The translations under genes and the position numbers were made by a program. Positions 41,424 through 51,485 of a stretch of 64,000 nucleotides of DNA are shown piece after piece. Numbering within the stretch: the first letter of the stretch is position 1; every line of letters starts with the position of its first letter. The stretch lies in NCBI GenBank assembly GCA_963754655.1, contig CAVWGN010000001.1, positions 480,001 through 544,000 of the forward strand, in the 5' to 3' direction. The notes beneath the pieces are model-generated. The model did not search any database. It saw nothing but the letters and a program-made list of their open reading frames with translations, and was not told the origin of the DNA. This DNA comes from an uncultured Chlamydiae bacterium. Its GTDB lineage: Bacteria; Chlamydiota; Chlamydiia; Chlamydiales; Parachlamydiaceae.

Positions 41424-41637
41424 TGATAATTCCTTTATACTCGATATAAGTTTTTATAATTTTAATTTTATAAATTAAGGGATTGTTAACTTGATACAAG
41501 TTGGATAACTGATTATGTCCTATTTGTCAAGTTTTGTTTACAAAGTGAGAGGTCAAACCTTGCATCTTGTCTCAAATGAGTATCATCCCCAGTTTAAAAG
41601 GCTTTTTGATGAGCCGTATAAAGTAAGGAGATTTTTC

Positions 41638-43887
41638 ATGCTAAACTCTGTGCGTTTCTTTCTAATATTTATGATGGGATGGATGCTGCCCTTTCAAGTA
41701 TCAGCAATGATAGGCGGCTCCTCGCATGTTAGAGTAGAGCTTATTCAAGAGGAAGAGACTATCCAGGCTAGCCGTCCTTTTTGGGTCGCCCTTCGTTTAA
41801 ATTTAGAGGATAACTGGCATGTTTACTGGAAAAATCCTGGGGATGCTGGAATTCCGCTCAAAGTAGAATGGAAATTACCTGATGGCTTTGAGGCAGGTCC
41901 GTTGCAATGGCCTTTCCCTGAAAAATTTACGGTGGCTGATATGGTAGGATTTGGCTATAATGGAGAAGTCATTCTTTTAAGCCAAGTCACTCCGCCAGCG
42001 CACATGAATCCCCAGGCTAAAATGGATATGCAAGCTCAAGTCAAATGGCTTGTTTGCTCTTCACTGACTTGCCAGCCTGGTTCTGCGACTGCGACTCTAC
42101 CTTTAATGGTTTCTGCCGAGCAGCCTCATATAAGATCAGAATTTGCTGCAGTTTTTGAAGAGGCCCGTGCCAAAATTCCTCAGACACATGTAGAAGTCAA
42201 AACCATTCGTAAACAAGGAATTGTTCAACTTGAAGTTCCGCAAGAAATGACGGGATCTCAAGCAGAGACGATTCGTGGTGTCTATTTCTTTCCTGAGCAT
42301 AAAGATGTCATTGATCCTTCTTTTGAACCTATTGTTGCCTCAAGTACGAGTGAATCCAACCGCTATCTAGTCAATCTTAAGGGAAGCGATGAAATTGGAG
42401 CTGCAAGCCAATATTTAAAGGGAGTGCTAGTGCTGCACAAACAGAATGGCGCGCGCGAGAGTGTTCAGGCCTTTGATATCGATTGTCCTATTGAACAAGA
42501 AGGCGATCAAAATGTCTTAAGTTTACTTTCTTCTACGCCCTCTTCTCCTTTGGCAATTGGCAATCCAACAATAAAATCCAATTCTTCCTCGTTGACTTTT
42601 GAAGGAGGAATAGGACTTGCTTTGGTTTTTGCCTTTATGGGTGGGATGCTTTTGAATTTAATGCCCTGCGTTTTGCCTGTCATTTCTTTTAAAGTCATGA
42701 GTTTTGTGAAAATGGCGGGACAAAGCCGTTCTTTAACTCTGAAACATGGATTGATGTTTTCTTTAGGTGTGATCTTGTCCTTTTGGCTACTGGCTTCGGC
42801 TATGCTCATGCTGCGTGCTTATGGACAAGCAGTGGGCTGGGGATTCCAATTACAAGAACCTCTTTTCGTTGTCATCTTGGCCTCGGTGCTCTTTGTCTTT
42901 GCCTTGAGCTTATTTGGTCTCTTTGAGTGGGGAATGTTTTTTGCCTCATGGGCAGGGCAGACACAAGTTGAAACGTCACAAAAATCTTCTAGTTATACGG
43001 GTTCCTTTTTGAGTGGTGTCTTAGCTACAGCTGTTGCCACTCCTTGTACAGGCCCATTTTTAGGTTCGGCTGTCGGATTTGCTGTTACTCTACCCGTTTT
43101 TCAAGCCCTTTTAATTTTTACCTCTTTGGGATTGGGAATGTGCTTTCCCTATCTTCTCTTATCTGCATTTCCCTCTTACTTACGCTTTATGCCAAAACCG
43201 GGCGCTTGGATGGAGACTTTTAAGCAATTGATGGGCTTTATTCTCCTTGCCACTGTGCTTTGGTTGATGTGGGTGTTTAGTGCGCAAACCGATGCTTTTT
43301 CCTTGATTTGCCTGCTTGCTGGTTTCCTCTGTTTCTCAATAGGAGGTTGGATTTATGGCAGAGGCTGTTCGCTTGTTGCCACGCGTAAAAAGCGCATTTT
43401 TGCCTCTCTTTTAGTCATTTTGTTTGCTTTTGTGGGAGGAGAAGCCATTTTGTTTCCACGTGCGTCCTGGTATAGTCAAGATTCAGGATCCTCCCATGCA
43501 AAATCTTCTAAAGATCATTGGGAAGGATGGGAAGATTTTTCGCCAGAGCGGTTGGCGCAACTCAGGAGTGAAGGTAAACCAGTTTTTATTGATTTCACGG
43601 CAAAGTGGTGTTTAATCTGTCAGGCCAACCACCTCGTCTTATCTTCTGATTACGTAAGAAAGCAATTGGATGATTCAGGTGTTGTAAAGATGAAAGCGGA
43701 TTGGACGAAAAGTGATCCCATCATTACTCAAGCGTTAAGCACATTTGGTCGTAATAGCGTCCCTTTATACGTGCTTTATGGAAACAATGAGAAGCAAGAA
43801 CCTCTGATTTTACCTCAAGTTTTGACTCCAGACGTTGTAGCGGATCATCTCAACAAGGCGATTTCGGAAGAAATTGCTTTAAAATAA
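41638..43887 (+). CDS. dsbD: Thiol:disulfide interchange protein DsbD
   Basis: WHVYWKNPGDAG, LNLMPCVLPV, ATPCTGPFLG, DFTAKWCLICQ; start taken at MLNSVRF. Confidence 0.92.
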   Translation: MLNSVRFFLIFMMGWMLPFQVSAMIGGSSHVRVELIQEEETIQASRPFWVALRLNLEDNWHVYWKNPGDAGIPLKVEWKLPDGFEAGPLQWPFPEKFTVADMVGFGYNGEVILLSQVTPPAHMNPQAKMDMQAQVKWLVCSSLTCQPGSATATLPLMVSAEQPHIRSEFAAVFEEARAKIPQTHVEVKTIRKQGIVQLEVPQEMTGSQAETIRGVYFFPEHKDVIDPSFEPIVASSTSESNRYLVNLKGSDEIGAASQYLKGVLVLHKQNGARESVQAFDIDCPIEQEGDQNVLSLLSSTPSSPLAIGNPTIKSNSSSLTFEGGIGLALVFAFMGGMLLNLMPCVLPVISFKVMSFVKMAGQSRSLTLKHGLMFSLGVILSFWLLASAMLMLRAYGQAVGWGFQLQEPLFVVILASVLFVFALSLFGLFEWGMFFASWAGQTQVETSQKSSSYTGSFLSGVLATAVATPCTGPFLGSAVGFAVTLPVFQALLIFTSLGLGMCFPYLLLSAFPSYLRFMPKPGAWMETFKQLMGFILLATVLWLMWVFSAQTDAFSLICLLAGFLCFSIGGWIYGRGCSLVATRKKRIFASLLVILFAFVGGEAILFPRASWYSQDSGSSHAKSSKDHWEGWEDFSPERLAQLRSEGKPVFIDFTAKWCLICQANHLVLSSDYVRKQLDDSGVVKMKADWTKSDPIITQALSTFGRNSVPLYVLYGNNEKQEPLILPQVLTPDVVADHLNKAISEEIALK

Positions 43888-43896
43888 AATATCAGG

Positions 43897-44691
43897 ATGC
43901 CACGCGTGTTAATCGATTCGCATGCTCATTTGACTAGTCCCTCTGTTTTTGATCATCTCAATTCTGTCTTGGAAAGAGCTCAGCAAGCGGAAGTAAAGGC
44001 AATTGTCAACATTTGCACTGATCCCCTATCTTTGGAGCGAGGCCTTTCCCTTTCTCAACGCTGCCCATGGATCTATCAAGCTGCTGCTACGACTCCTCAT
44101 GATGTGGAAAAAGAGGGGGAGCAGGTTTTTGAGATCATGGCTGCCAGTGCTCGTCAGGGGCTGTTAAAAGCCGTTGGAGAAACAGGCCTCGATTATTATT
44201 ATGAACATTCCAATCCTGCAATTCAAAAGCAATTTTTGCGGCGCTATCTTCAGTTGGCGCTGGAATGTCAGCTTCCAGTCATTATTCATTGTCGAGAGGC
44301 TTTCAGCGATCTTTTCGAAATTCTCGATGCCGACTATCAAATCAATGGGCGCCATGCACCAGGAGTCTTACATTGCTTTACAGGCACAATGGCTGAAGCC
44401 GAAGAAGTCATTAAAAGGGGATGGATGCTTTCTTTAAGTGGAATTGTGACGTTTAAAAAAAGTATCGAGCTGCAAGAAGTGGCGCGAAACATTCCTCTTA
44501 CGCAATTGTTGATTGAAACAGACACTCCTTACTTGGCTCCTCAAAAGCATCGCGGTAAGCAAAACGAACCCGCTTTTTTAGCCGAAACAGCTCAGTTTAT
44601 TGCCTCTTTAAAGCAAATTCCTTTTGAGGAGCTAGCAATGATAACGGCGCAGAATGCATGCCAGTTGTTCAAACTTCCTCTCTTGGCCTGA
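43897..44691 (+). CDS. tatD: TatD family nuclease
   Basis: IDSHAHL, GETGLDY, IHCREA, LHCFTG, ETDTPYLAP. Confidence 0.95.
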   Translation: MPRVLIDSHAHLTSPSVFDHLNSVLERAQQAEVKAIVNICTDPLSLERGLSLSQRCPWIYQAAATTPHDVEKEGEQVFEIMAASARQGLLKAVGETGLDYYYEHSNPAIQKQFLRRYLQLALECQLPVIIHCREAFSDLFEILDADYQINGRHAPGVLHCFTGTMAEAEEVIKRGWMLSLSGIVTFKKSIELQEVARNIPLTQLLIETDTPYLAPQKHRGKQNEPAFLAETAQFIASLKQIPFEELAMITAQNACQLFKLPLLA

Positions 44692-44710
44692 TGCCTAATG
44701 GCTAACACCT

Positions 44711-45991
44711 CTAGAAGAGATAGCGAGCTTCCACCCAAACTCTTTCCCCATCTTTATCATGAGAGCTATGAACTTGCATAATTTCAATTACGCCCTTTGC
44801 TTGAAGCGCATCTATTGCTTCTCTAATCCAAACAACGTAGTCATCAATCAATAAAATTGTTTCTTTATTAGCTAACTTTTGGCAATTAAGAATGTCTTGA
44901 GTACAAGAATCATAAGAATGATTGCCATCAATATAAATCAAGTCGAATGTTTGGTTAGGAAACATCTCAGTATATTCAGGAATTGTTAGTGCGGAATCCC
45001 CTTTGATGAATTCAAATTTCTTCTTGTATTTGCGAGAGAGATATTCTACAGCTACAGGAGTATAGGCATGCCAGCAAATATCGAAAGAGGCAAACTGTTT
45101 GAGATTTTTGCAACACTGAAAGAAATTCTCAGCACTATGCCCTCCATTAAGACCAATTTCCAAAATGCTTTCAATATTTGGGTAATGAGAAAGGAGCGTT
45201 TTAATTTGTTCTTTTTGCGTCTGACTCATATATCCTTCATTATTACTCGAGTGAACAGGGGAAAGTTGGAATCCATAATAACTAAGATATTGATCCAATG
45301 TCACTAAATGACGGTCATTTAGAACAAGTGGAAAATAATTATCAAATAAATAGTTTAATTTTCCCTTTTGATCAGCAAAATGAAGAAGAAAATCTCCTGG
45401 TTGATAGGTAGAAGTTAATGAAGAAATTTTTTCAATAGAATAGGAATTAAATACTCTTTGAGGAAAAATTTTGGTATGTGAGCCAAATTCTGGTTGTTGC
45501 AGTTCTGCAGCAATTGACATTTGTTCTGGCCATATGTGAGAAAGAAATTCTGTATGTCCATAAGCTTGAGTTAAAAGTTTTTGACTCCACTCAGAGTTTC
45601 TAATGAAAAATACTCCCGTATTAATTCCATTCCAATCCTTAGCAATAAGAAAATGATATTTTTCATCAATCAAATCTTCTAGAGGAATGTCTTGATTCAT
45701 GATTAATGTATCAGCATCCAACCATACAACCCATTTATAATTAGGATTTTCAAATGTTTTCAGAACCAAAAGAATTTTACTCCAATAAATATGACGAGAA
45801 AGATCAAGAGATTCTTCGCAATAAATAAAATCATATCCATGTCGTTGGCAATAGGCTCGCTTATTTTCTACTCCTAGTCTCACAGATTTTTGATAATCCT
45901 CGCCATAAGCGATAGTGACAACAGCAATATCACTTGCGGAGAGAAATGTTGTATATAAGAGAAAAAAAAGGCTCCAAAGAAATTTTCTCAT
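44711..45991 (-). CDS. Signal-peptide GT34 (MNN10/GMA12-like) glycosyltransferase fused to a Methyltransf_24-like domain
   Basis: NKRAYCQRHGY, WSKI, WLDADTLIMN, INTGVFFIRNSEWS, YQPGDFLLHFA; then LEIGLNGGHSA, GDS, DLIYIDGNH. Confidence 0.85.
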   Translation of the reverse strand: MRKFLWSLFFLLYTTFLSASDIAVVTIAYGEDYQKSVRLGVENKRAYCQRHGYDFIYCEESLDLSRHIYWSKILLVLKTFENPNYKWVVWLDADTLIMNQDIPLEDLIDEKYHFLIAKDWNGINTGVFFIRNSEWSQKLLTQAYGHTEFLSHIWPEQMSIAAELQQPEFGSHTKIFPQRVFNSYSIEKISSLTSTYQPGDFLLHFADQKGKLNYLFDNYFPLVLNDRHLVTLDQYLSYYGFQLSPVHSSNNEGYMSQTQKEQIKTLLSHYPNIESILEIGLNGGHSAENFFQCCKNLKQFASFDICWHAYTPVAVEYLSRKYKKKFEFIKGDSALTIPEYTEMFPNQTFDLIYIDGNHSYDSCTQDILNCQKLANKETILLIDDYVVWIREAIDALQAKGVIEIMQVHSSHDKDGERVWVEARYLF

Positions 45992-46212
45992 TAGGATTAT
46001 CTCACTTGTTTAGGTTAGGTATTTATCATTAAATAAAGAGTATTAAAATTTTTTTGCAAATAAATTCAAAAGGCTAAAATCAATGTTGTTAACCGAGTGA
46101 GTTATTTCAAGAAATTGATACTCTTTTTATTTGTAAAATTCGCTTGGTCTCTTTATGTTGAAATTAGTTCTTTAAAAACAAGAATTGGTTTTAACATTCA
46201 AACATTGATCTT

Positions 46213-47175
46213 ATGGCTTATTCCTATCCAGCCTCTCCTATTCCACGTGCGTTTATTTGGCGGCGTGCTCATTCCTTGACTGGCTTATGGCTGGTGCTTT
46301 TTTTATTTGAACACTTGCTCACAAATTCGCAAGCCGCTCTTTTTATTGGAGACAATGGACAAGGCTTTGTCAGTGCGGTCAACTCTATAAAAGATCTTCC
46401 TTATTTGCCCGTCATTGAAATCTTTTTGTTAGGAGTTCCTTTTCTCATTCATGGTTTATGGGGCATTCGTTATTTATTAACAGCAGAATATAATTCTATT
46501 CCCTCCGACGGCTCCTCTCCTTCTTTGCCTCAGTATAGGCGCAATCATGCTTACACTTGGCAGCGCATCACTTCTTGGATTTTGCTCGTGGGAATTCTGG
46601 CTCATGTCATTCACATGCGCTTTGTCGAATATCCCACTTCAGCTCAACTTGGTGCCCAGCACCTCTACATCAGTCGAGTGGAAGCAGATGATGGACTTTA
46701 TACTCTTTCCACGCGTTTAGGCTTTGAGATTTATAATCAAAAAAACATTCAAGAAAGAAAGCAAGATATTTTGTCACAACCGAAAATCCAAGTGCAGCAA
46801 AATAGCAAGCCTCAAGAACTGATTGCAGCTCAAAAACAACGTGAAGAGGATGCTTGGCTGGTAGCTGTAGAAAAATGGCCTTTGCAAAAAAATCAGCTCC
46901 TTGCTGTCTCTCCTTCTTTTGGTGTTGCAGAACTGTTGCTGGTGCGCGACACTTTTAAGAATCCCACTATGATCCTTCTTTATACAGGTCTTGTGTTAGC
47001 CACTTGCTTTCATGCTTTTAATGGATTATGGACATTTATGATTACGTGGGGAGTCACATTAACTGCTCGATCTCAGCAAGTCATGCGTTCTTTGGCAACT
47101 GCTTTAATGGTACTAGTGACTTTTTTAGGCTTAGCGGCTATTTGGGGAACCTACTGGTTTAACTTAACACATTGA
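46213..47175 (+). CDS. sdhC: Succinate dehydrogenase cytochrome b subunit
   Basis: RRAHSLTG, FEHLLTN, WQRIT, FHAFNGLWTF. Confidence 0.93.
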   Translation: MAYSYPASPIPRAFIWRRAHSLTGLWLVLFLFEHLLTNSQAALFIGDNGQGFVSAVNSIKDLPYLPVIEIFLLGVPFLIHGLWGIRYLLTAEYNSIPSDGSSPSLPQYRRNHAYTWQRITSWILLVGILAHVIHMRFVEYPTSAQLGAQHLYISRVEADDGLYTLSTRLGFEIYNQKNIQERKQDILSQPKIQVQQNSKPQELIAAQKQREEDAWLVAVEKWPLQKNQLLAVSPSFGVAELLLVRDTFKNPTMILLYTGLVLATCFHAFNGLWTFMITWGVTLTARSQQVMRSLATALMVLVTFLGLAAIWGTYWFNLTH

Positions 47176-47187
47176 AATGAAGACACG

Positions 47188-49086
47188 ATGACCTACGGTA
47201 AAAAAAAGAAAGAGATTATTGTCGTTGGAGGAGGCCTTGCAGGGCTATCTGCCGCCATGCGACTGGCTGAAAATGGATGTTATGTCAAAGTGGTGTCTGT
47301 CACAAAAGTCAAACGTTCACACTCTGTTTGTGCTCAAGGTGGCATTAATGCTGCTATCAATCTCAAAGGCGAGGAAGACTCTCCTCTTATTCACGCCTAT
47401 GACACTATTAAAGGAGGCGATTTTTTAGCCAATCAGCCCCCTGTTCTTGAAATGTGTCTGGCCGCGCCCCATATCATTAATATGATGGATCGACTCGGCT
47501 GTCCTTTTAATCGAACGCCAGAAGGAAATTTGGATTTTCGTCGTTTTGGCGGAACTTTATATAATCGTACTGCATTTTGTGGGGCTTCAACAGGTCAACA
47601 GTTATTGTATGCTTTAGATGAACAAGTCCGAAAATATGAAGTAATGGGACGTGTGGAAAAGTTTGAAGCACACGAATTTATGCGTTTGGTTCTCGATGAA
47701 CAGGGTGTAGCTCGTGGCATTGTCATTATGGACTTGTTCAACATGAAATTAAGCGTTCTTAAAGCTGATGCAGTTGTCGTGGCCACAGGTGGAATAGGGG
47801 TCATTTTCAAAAAATCAACGAATTCTACGTTTTGCACAGGAGCCGCTAATGGGCGTCTTTTCAAACAAGGAATGCAGTATGCCAATGGAGAATTTATTCA
47901 AGTTCATCCCACAGCCATCCCCGGAATTGATAAATTGCGCTTGATCTCAGAATCGGTACGTGGAGAAGGAGGGCGCGTGTGGGTTTATGGTGATTCTTCT
48001 AAAACAATTGAAACTTCGGATGAGAGAAGAATTCTCTGTGGGAAAACGGGAGAGCCTTGGTATTTTTTAGAAGAACTTTATCCAGCTCTTGGCAATCTTA
48101 TTCCACGCGATATAGCATCGCGCGAAATTCTCAGAATTTGCGAAATGGGTCTTGGCGTCGATGGGGAGATGCAAGTGTACCTTGACGTCACGCACTTGCC
48201 ACATGCCCAGCAAGAAAAGCTGCACTCTGTCTTGGATATCTACCAAAAATTTACGGGTGAAGATCCAAGAAAAGTTCCCATGCGCATTTTCCCTGCTATG
48301 CACTATACCATGGGAGGTGCTTGGGTCGATTGGCCTGCTGCAGATGATCCTGACCGTTGGACAAGATATCGTCAAATGACCAATTTGCCTGGATGCTTTA
48401 GTATTGGGGAAGCAGATTATCAATACCACGGTGCCAATCGACTTGGAGCCAATGCTCTGCTGGCTTGCATTTTTAGCGGATTAGTTGCAGGGCAGGAAGT
48501 TCCGCGCTATATTGATGACTTGACCTCCTCTTATCATGAAACACCTTCAAAGGTTTACGAACAAGCCATTCAATTAGAAGAAGAACTTAAGCGTGACCTT
48601 TTAACTCGCAATGGATCGGAAAATATTCATCAACTGCATGATGAAATGGCTTACTGGATGATGTGTCATGTGATGGTGAAGCGGAATAACCGAGACCTAC
48701 AAGAGACTCTAAATAAATTGAAAGAGCTGCGCGAACGCTATAAATCCATCTCTCTAGATGATCGCGGTCAATTTGCCAATCAAACCTATGTATTTGCTAA
48801 TGAATTCGGCCCCATGCTCGAGTTAGCTATGGTTATCACTAAAGGGGCTTTACTGCGTAATGAATTTCGGGGCGCGCACTTCAAACCCGAATTTCCAAAG
48901 CGCGATGATGAACAATGGCTGAAAACGACGATTGCAACCTATGATCTTAATGGAAATGAACCTCTGATTTCTTACCAACCAGTCGATTTGCGTCATTTGA
49001 AGCCAAGTTTGCGTGATTATTCCCAAGCTAAAAAAGTAAAACCGACTTTAGAAAATATCCCGGTTAACCTGACATTGCCGGTTTAA
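47188..49086 (+). CDS. sdhA: Succinate dehydrogenase flavoprotein
   Basis: VGGGLAG, RSHSVCAQGGINA, HYTMGG, HGANRLGAN. Confidence 0.97.
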   Translation: MTYGKKKKEIIVVGGGLAGLSAAMRLAENGCYVKVVSVTKVKRSHSVCAQGGINAAINLKGEEDSPLIHAYDTIKGGDFLANQPPVLEMCLAAPHIINMMDRLGCPFNRTPEGNLDFRRFGGTLYNRTAFCGASTGQQLLYALDEQVRKYEVMGRVEKFEAHEFMRLVLDEQGVARGIVIMDLFNMKLSVLKADAVVVATGGIGVIFKKSTNSTFCTGAANGRLFKQGMQYANGEFIQVHPTAIPGIDKLRLISESVRGEGGRVWVYGDSSKTIETSDERRILCGKTGEPWYFLEELYPALGNLIPRDIASREILRICEMGLGVDGEMQVYLDVTHLPHAQQEKLHSVLDIYQKFTGEDPRKVPMRIFPAMHYTMGGAWVDWPAADDPDRWTRYRQMTNLPGCFSIGEADYQYHGANRLGANALLACIFSGLVAGQEVPRYIDDLTSSYHETPSKVYEQAIQLEEELKRDLLTRNGSENIHQLHDEMAYWMMCHVMVKRNNRDLQETLNKLKELRERYKSISLDDRGQFANQTYVFANEFGPMLELAMVITKGALLRNEFRGAHFKPEFPKRDDEQWLKTTIATYDLNGNEPLISYQPVDLRHLKPSLRDYSQAKKVKPTLENIPVNLTLPV

Positions 49087-49092
49087 ATCTTC

Positions 49093-49152
49093 TCCTTCTG
49101 ATCCATTTGATCGCTTTTGGTTGTCCAAAAGCGATCAAATGGATCAGAAGGA
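49093..49152. repeat. Perfect 28-bp-stem hairpin between sdhA and sdhB
   Basis: tccttctgatccatttgatcgcttttgg-ttgt-ccaaaagcgatcaaatggatcagaagga. Confidence 0.95.
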
Positions 49153-49169
49153 ATACAAAGAGGAAAGTT

Positions 49170-49943
49170 ATGCCAGATAGTTATGTCCTCAGAATTTTCC
49201 GTGGCCATCCTGGTCATCAATATTGGGAGGAATTTGAGCTCGAGCTCTTGCCTTTTGCTAATGTCATTTCCTCTTTAATGGAAATTCAACGACGCCCTAT
49301 TAATCGCCTAGGAGAAAAAGTGACCCCTGTCGTATGGGAATCTGGATGTCTAGAAGAAGTTTGCGGTTCTTGTTCCATGCTCATCAATGGCTATCCGCGT
49401 CAAGCCTGTACCGCGCTTATTGACAATTTAGTAAAAGCAACAGGAGAGTCTATCATTCGGGTTGCCCCTTTAACCAAATTTCCTCTCGTTCGTGATTTAA
49501 TTGTTGACCGCAGCCGCATGTTTGAAGATCTCAAGCGTGTTCATGGATGGATTGATGTTGGCAGTACATTTAATAATCAAGAGCCTGGTCCAAAAATTTC
49601 TCCCGAAAAGCAAAAAGTCATGTATCATCTTTCGACTTGCATGACGTGTGGATGCTGCTTAGAAGCTTGCCCTCAAGTCAATGATCATTCCGCTTTTATT
49701 GGGCCAGCAGCTGTCTCTCAAGCGCGGCTTTTCAATGCGAATCCTGTAGGCTATACGCAGCGATCCACGCGTTTGCATCCCTTGATGCAAGAAGGGGGAA
49801 TCAGCGATTGTGGGAATAATCAAAATTGCGTCAAGGTGTGCCCCAGAAATATCCCTTTGACAGACTCTATCGCTGCCATTAGCCGTGACGTGACCTTGCA
49901 AGCTCTAAATGACTTATTTAGCTTTCCCGATCGAGAAGATTGA
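49170..49943 (+). CDS. sdhB: Succinate dehydrogenase iron-sulfur subunit
   Basis: CLEEVCGSCSM, CMTCGCCLEACP, CGNNQNCVKVCP; ATG 49170 after gagga. Confidence 0.96.
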   Translation: MPDSYVLRIFRGHPGHQYWEEFELELLPFANVISSLMEIQRRPINRLGEKVTPVVWESGCLEEVCGSCSMLINGYPRQACTALIDNLVKATGESIIRVAPLTKFPLVRDLIVDRSRMFEDLKRVHGWIDVGSTFNNQEPGPKISPEKQKVMYHLSTCMTCGCCLEACPQVNDHSAFIGPAAVSQARLFNANPVGYTQRSTRLHPLMQEGGISDCGNNQNCVKVCPRNIPLTDSIAAISRDVTLQALNDLFSFPDRED

Positions 49944-50010
49944 CAAAGAATCAATCAATTGACTATAAGGCCGTGTGATTCTTATCACATTTTATCATTG
50001 TTGGTTCATC

Positions 50011-50952
50011 ATGCGAACTTATCTTTGGAAAGAAATTTTGCTATTTTCTGCGCTTTTTTTTGCCATTGCCTTTACTGCTATCAAATTTTTTACAAAAGAA
50101 AATTACAAGTATCAATTGTCGGTATTAGCCATTTTTCAAAATGAAGATCGTTTTTTAAAAGAGTGGTTAGATTTTTATCGCGTTTTAGGTGTTGAACACT
50201 TTTATCTATTCAATAATTTAAGTGAAGATAACTATCTTGAAGTTCTACGTCCTTATATTCAATCTGGAATTGTAGAGCTTTATGATTGGCCTTATGTGAA
50301 TCAGCCTGGAAGTGAAGCAGATTGGACAAAAATTCAGTCGGCTGCTTACCGTCAAGGGCTTGACTTTGCAAAGGGGCAATCCAAGTGGGTGGCTATTTTA
50401 GATACAGATGAATTCATGTTTCCCAAGCAGAAAGAAAACCTTGTTGATTTTTTAAAAGACTATGAAGAATGTAGTGCAATATTGGTGAATTGGCAATTGT
50501 TTGGCACTTCGCACGTTTCGCGCATTCCTGATAACCAATTGATGATAGAAACGCTTATGATGCAAACGCCAATTCAATCAGATGTGAATACCTATTGTAA
50601 AAGCATTGTACGTCCTGAAAAAGTGAAATATTGCTGCGAGCCTCATTACGCAATTCATTATCCGTGGAGCTATTCAGTTGATCCCAATAAAAGAATTTTT
50701 ATATGGGAATTTCATCAATCACGCCCTATCAATATCGATAAAATCCGTATTAATCATTATTGGTCTAGAGATGAAGAATTTTTTTATACCAATAAGCTTG
50801 CGCGTTATGAAAATTGGGGGAAAAAGCAAGATTGTATAGAATGTAACGAAGCGGCCAATCAATTAGTTAACAAAGAAATTTTTTTTTGGGTTCCTCGCAT
50901 TTATCAATTGCAAAAAAATGATCCCATTTATCCTTCTCTATCATCATCTTGA
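50011..50952 (+). CDS. GT92/DUF23-like glycosyltransferase, N-terminal membrane anchor
   Basis: AIFQNEDRFLKEWL, GVEHFYLFNNLSED, WVAILDTDEF, KSIVRP, INHYWSRD. Confidence 0.82.
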   Translation: MRTYLWKEILLFSALFFAIAFTAIKFFTKENYKYQLSVLAIFQNEDRFLKEWLDFYRVLGVEHFYLFNNLSEDNYLEVLRPYIQSGIVELYDWPYVNQPGSEADWTKIQSAAYRQGLDFAKGQSKWVAILDTDEFMFPKQKENLVDFLKDYEECSAILVNWQLFGTSHVSRIPDNQLMIETLMMQTPIQSDVNTYCKSIVRPEKVKYCCEPHYAIHYPWSYSVDPNKRIFIWEFHQSRPINIDKIRINHYWSRDEEFFYTNKLARYENWGKKQDCIECNEAANQLVNKEIFFWVPRIYQLQKNDPIYPSLSSS

Positions 50953-50958
50953 GGTTCT

Positions 50959-51174
50959 ATGCGAAAAATAGGTTATCTTGCTTTAAGTCTTTATTTATTA
51001 TTGGTAGGCTTATTATCTCTTATTCCAAATTTAATTGTTCCCAGCGGATTCATGACTGTATTAGTTTTAATTGCTAGCTTTGGAATTTTTCTTGATACTT
51101 GTATTCCAGCCAAAAAATACGAAAAAAAAGCGAATATGAATGCAAGACCAAGAAATCTCAATAACACCTATTAG
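50959..51174 (+). CDS. Small two-TM hypothetical membrane protein
   Basis: GAGG RBS; two hydrophobic helices and a basic tail. Confidence 0.6.
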   Translation: MRKIGYLALSLYLLLVGLLSLIPNLIVPSGFMTVLVLIASFGIFLDTCIPAKKYEKKANMNARPRNLNNTY

Positions 51175-51212
51175 TAATTGAAAAACTCCATCTTAATCCT
51201 CATTCGTGCTTA

Positions 51213-51378
51213 GAGTTTATATTTTTAGCAGATCGATAAGAAATGGTAGGGCGGCGGTAGCCACTTGCAGTGGGAAGCCCCGCATTCCGTTCGCAAGCTC
51301 GCTTCATACGGGGCTTCCCACTGAAAGCGGCTACCGCCGCCCTACCATTTCTTATCGATCTGCTAAAAATATAAACTC
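51213..51378. repeat. Palindrome family C, 166 bp
   Basis: 50-bp perfect arms gagtttatatttttagcagatcgataagaaatggtagggcggcggtagcc plus inner stem cagtgggaagccccg/cggggcttcccactg. Confidence 0.92.
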
Positions 51379-51485
51379 CCAGATTTAATCACACACCCGT
51401 TACATGGTTTAAGAAAATTTCATTCAATGAATTCTTTCCATTTGTGTATACTTTGAGGAAATCCTCAATTTTGGATCATTTCAAG

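Noticed and set aside
49107..49169. Extended TTG start for sdhB; likewise the longer starts given for 10793, 18770, 41515 and 58207
   Set aside because: The sdhB extension runs through the hairpin; downstream ATGs with an RBS or signal peptide fit better
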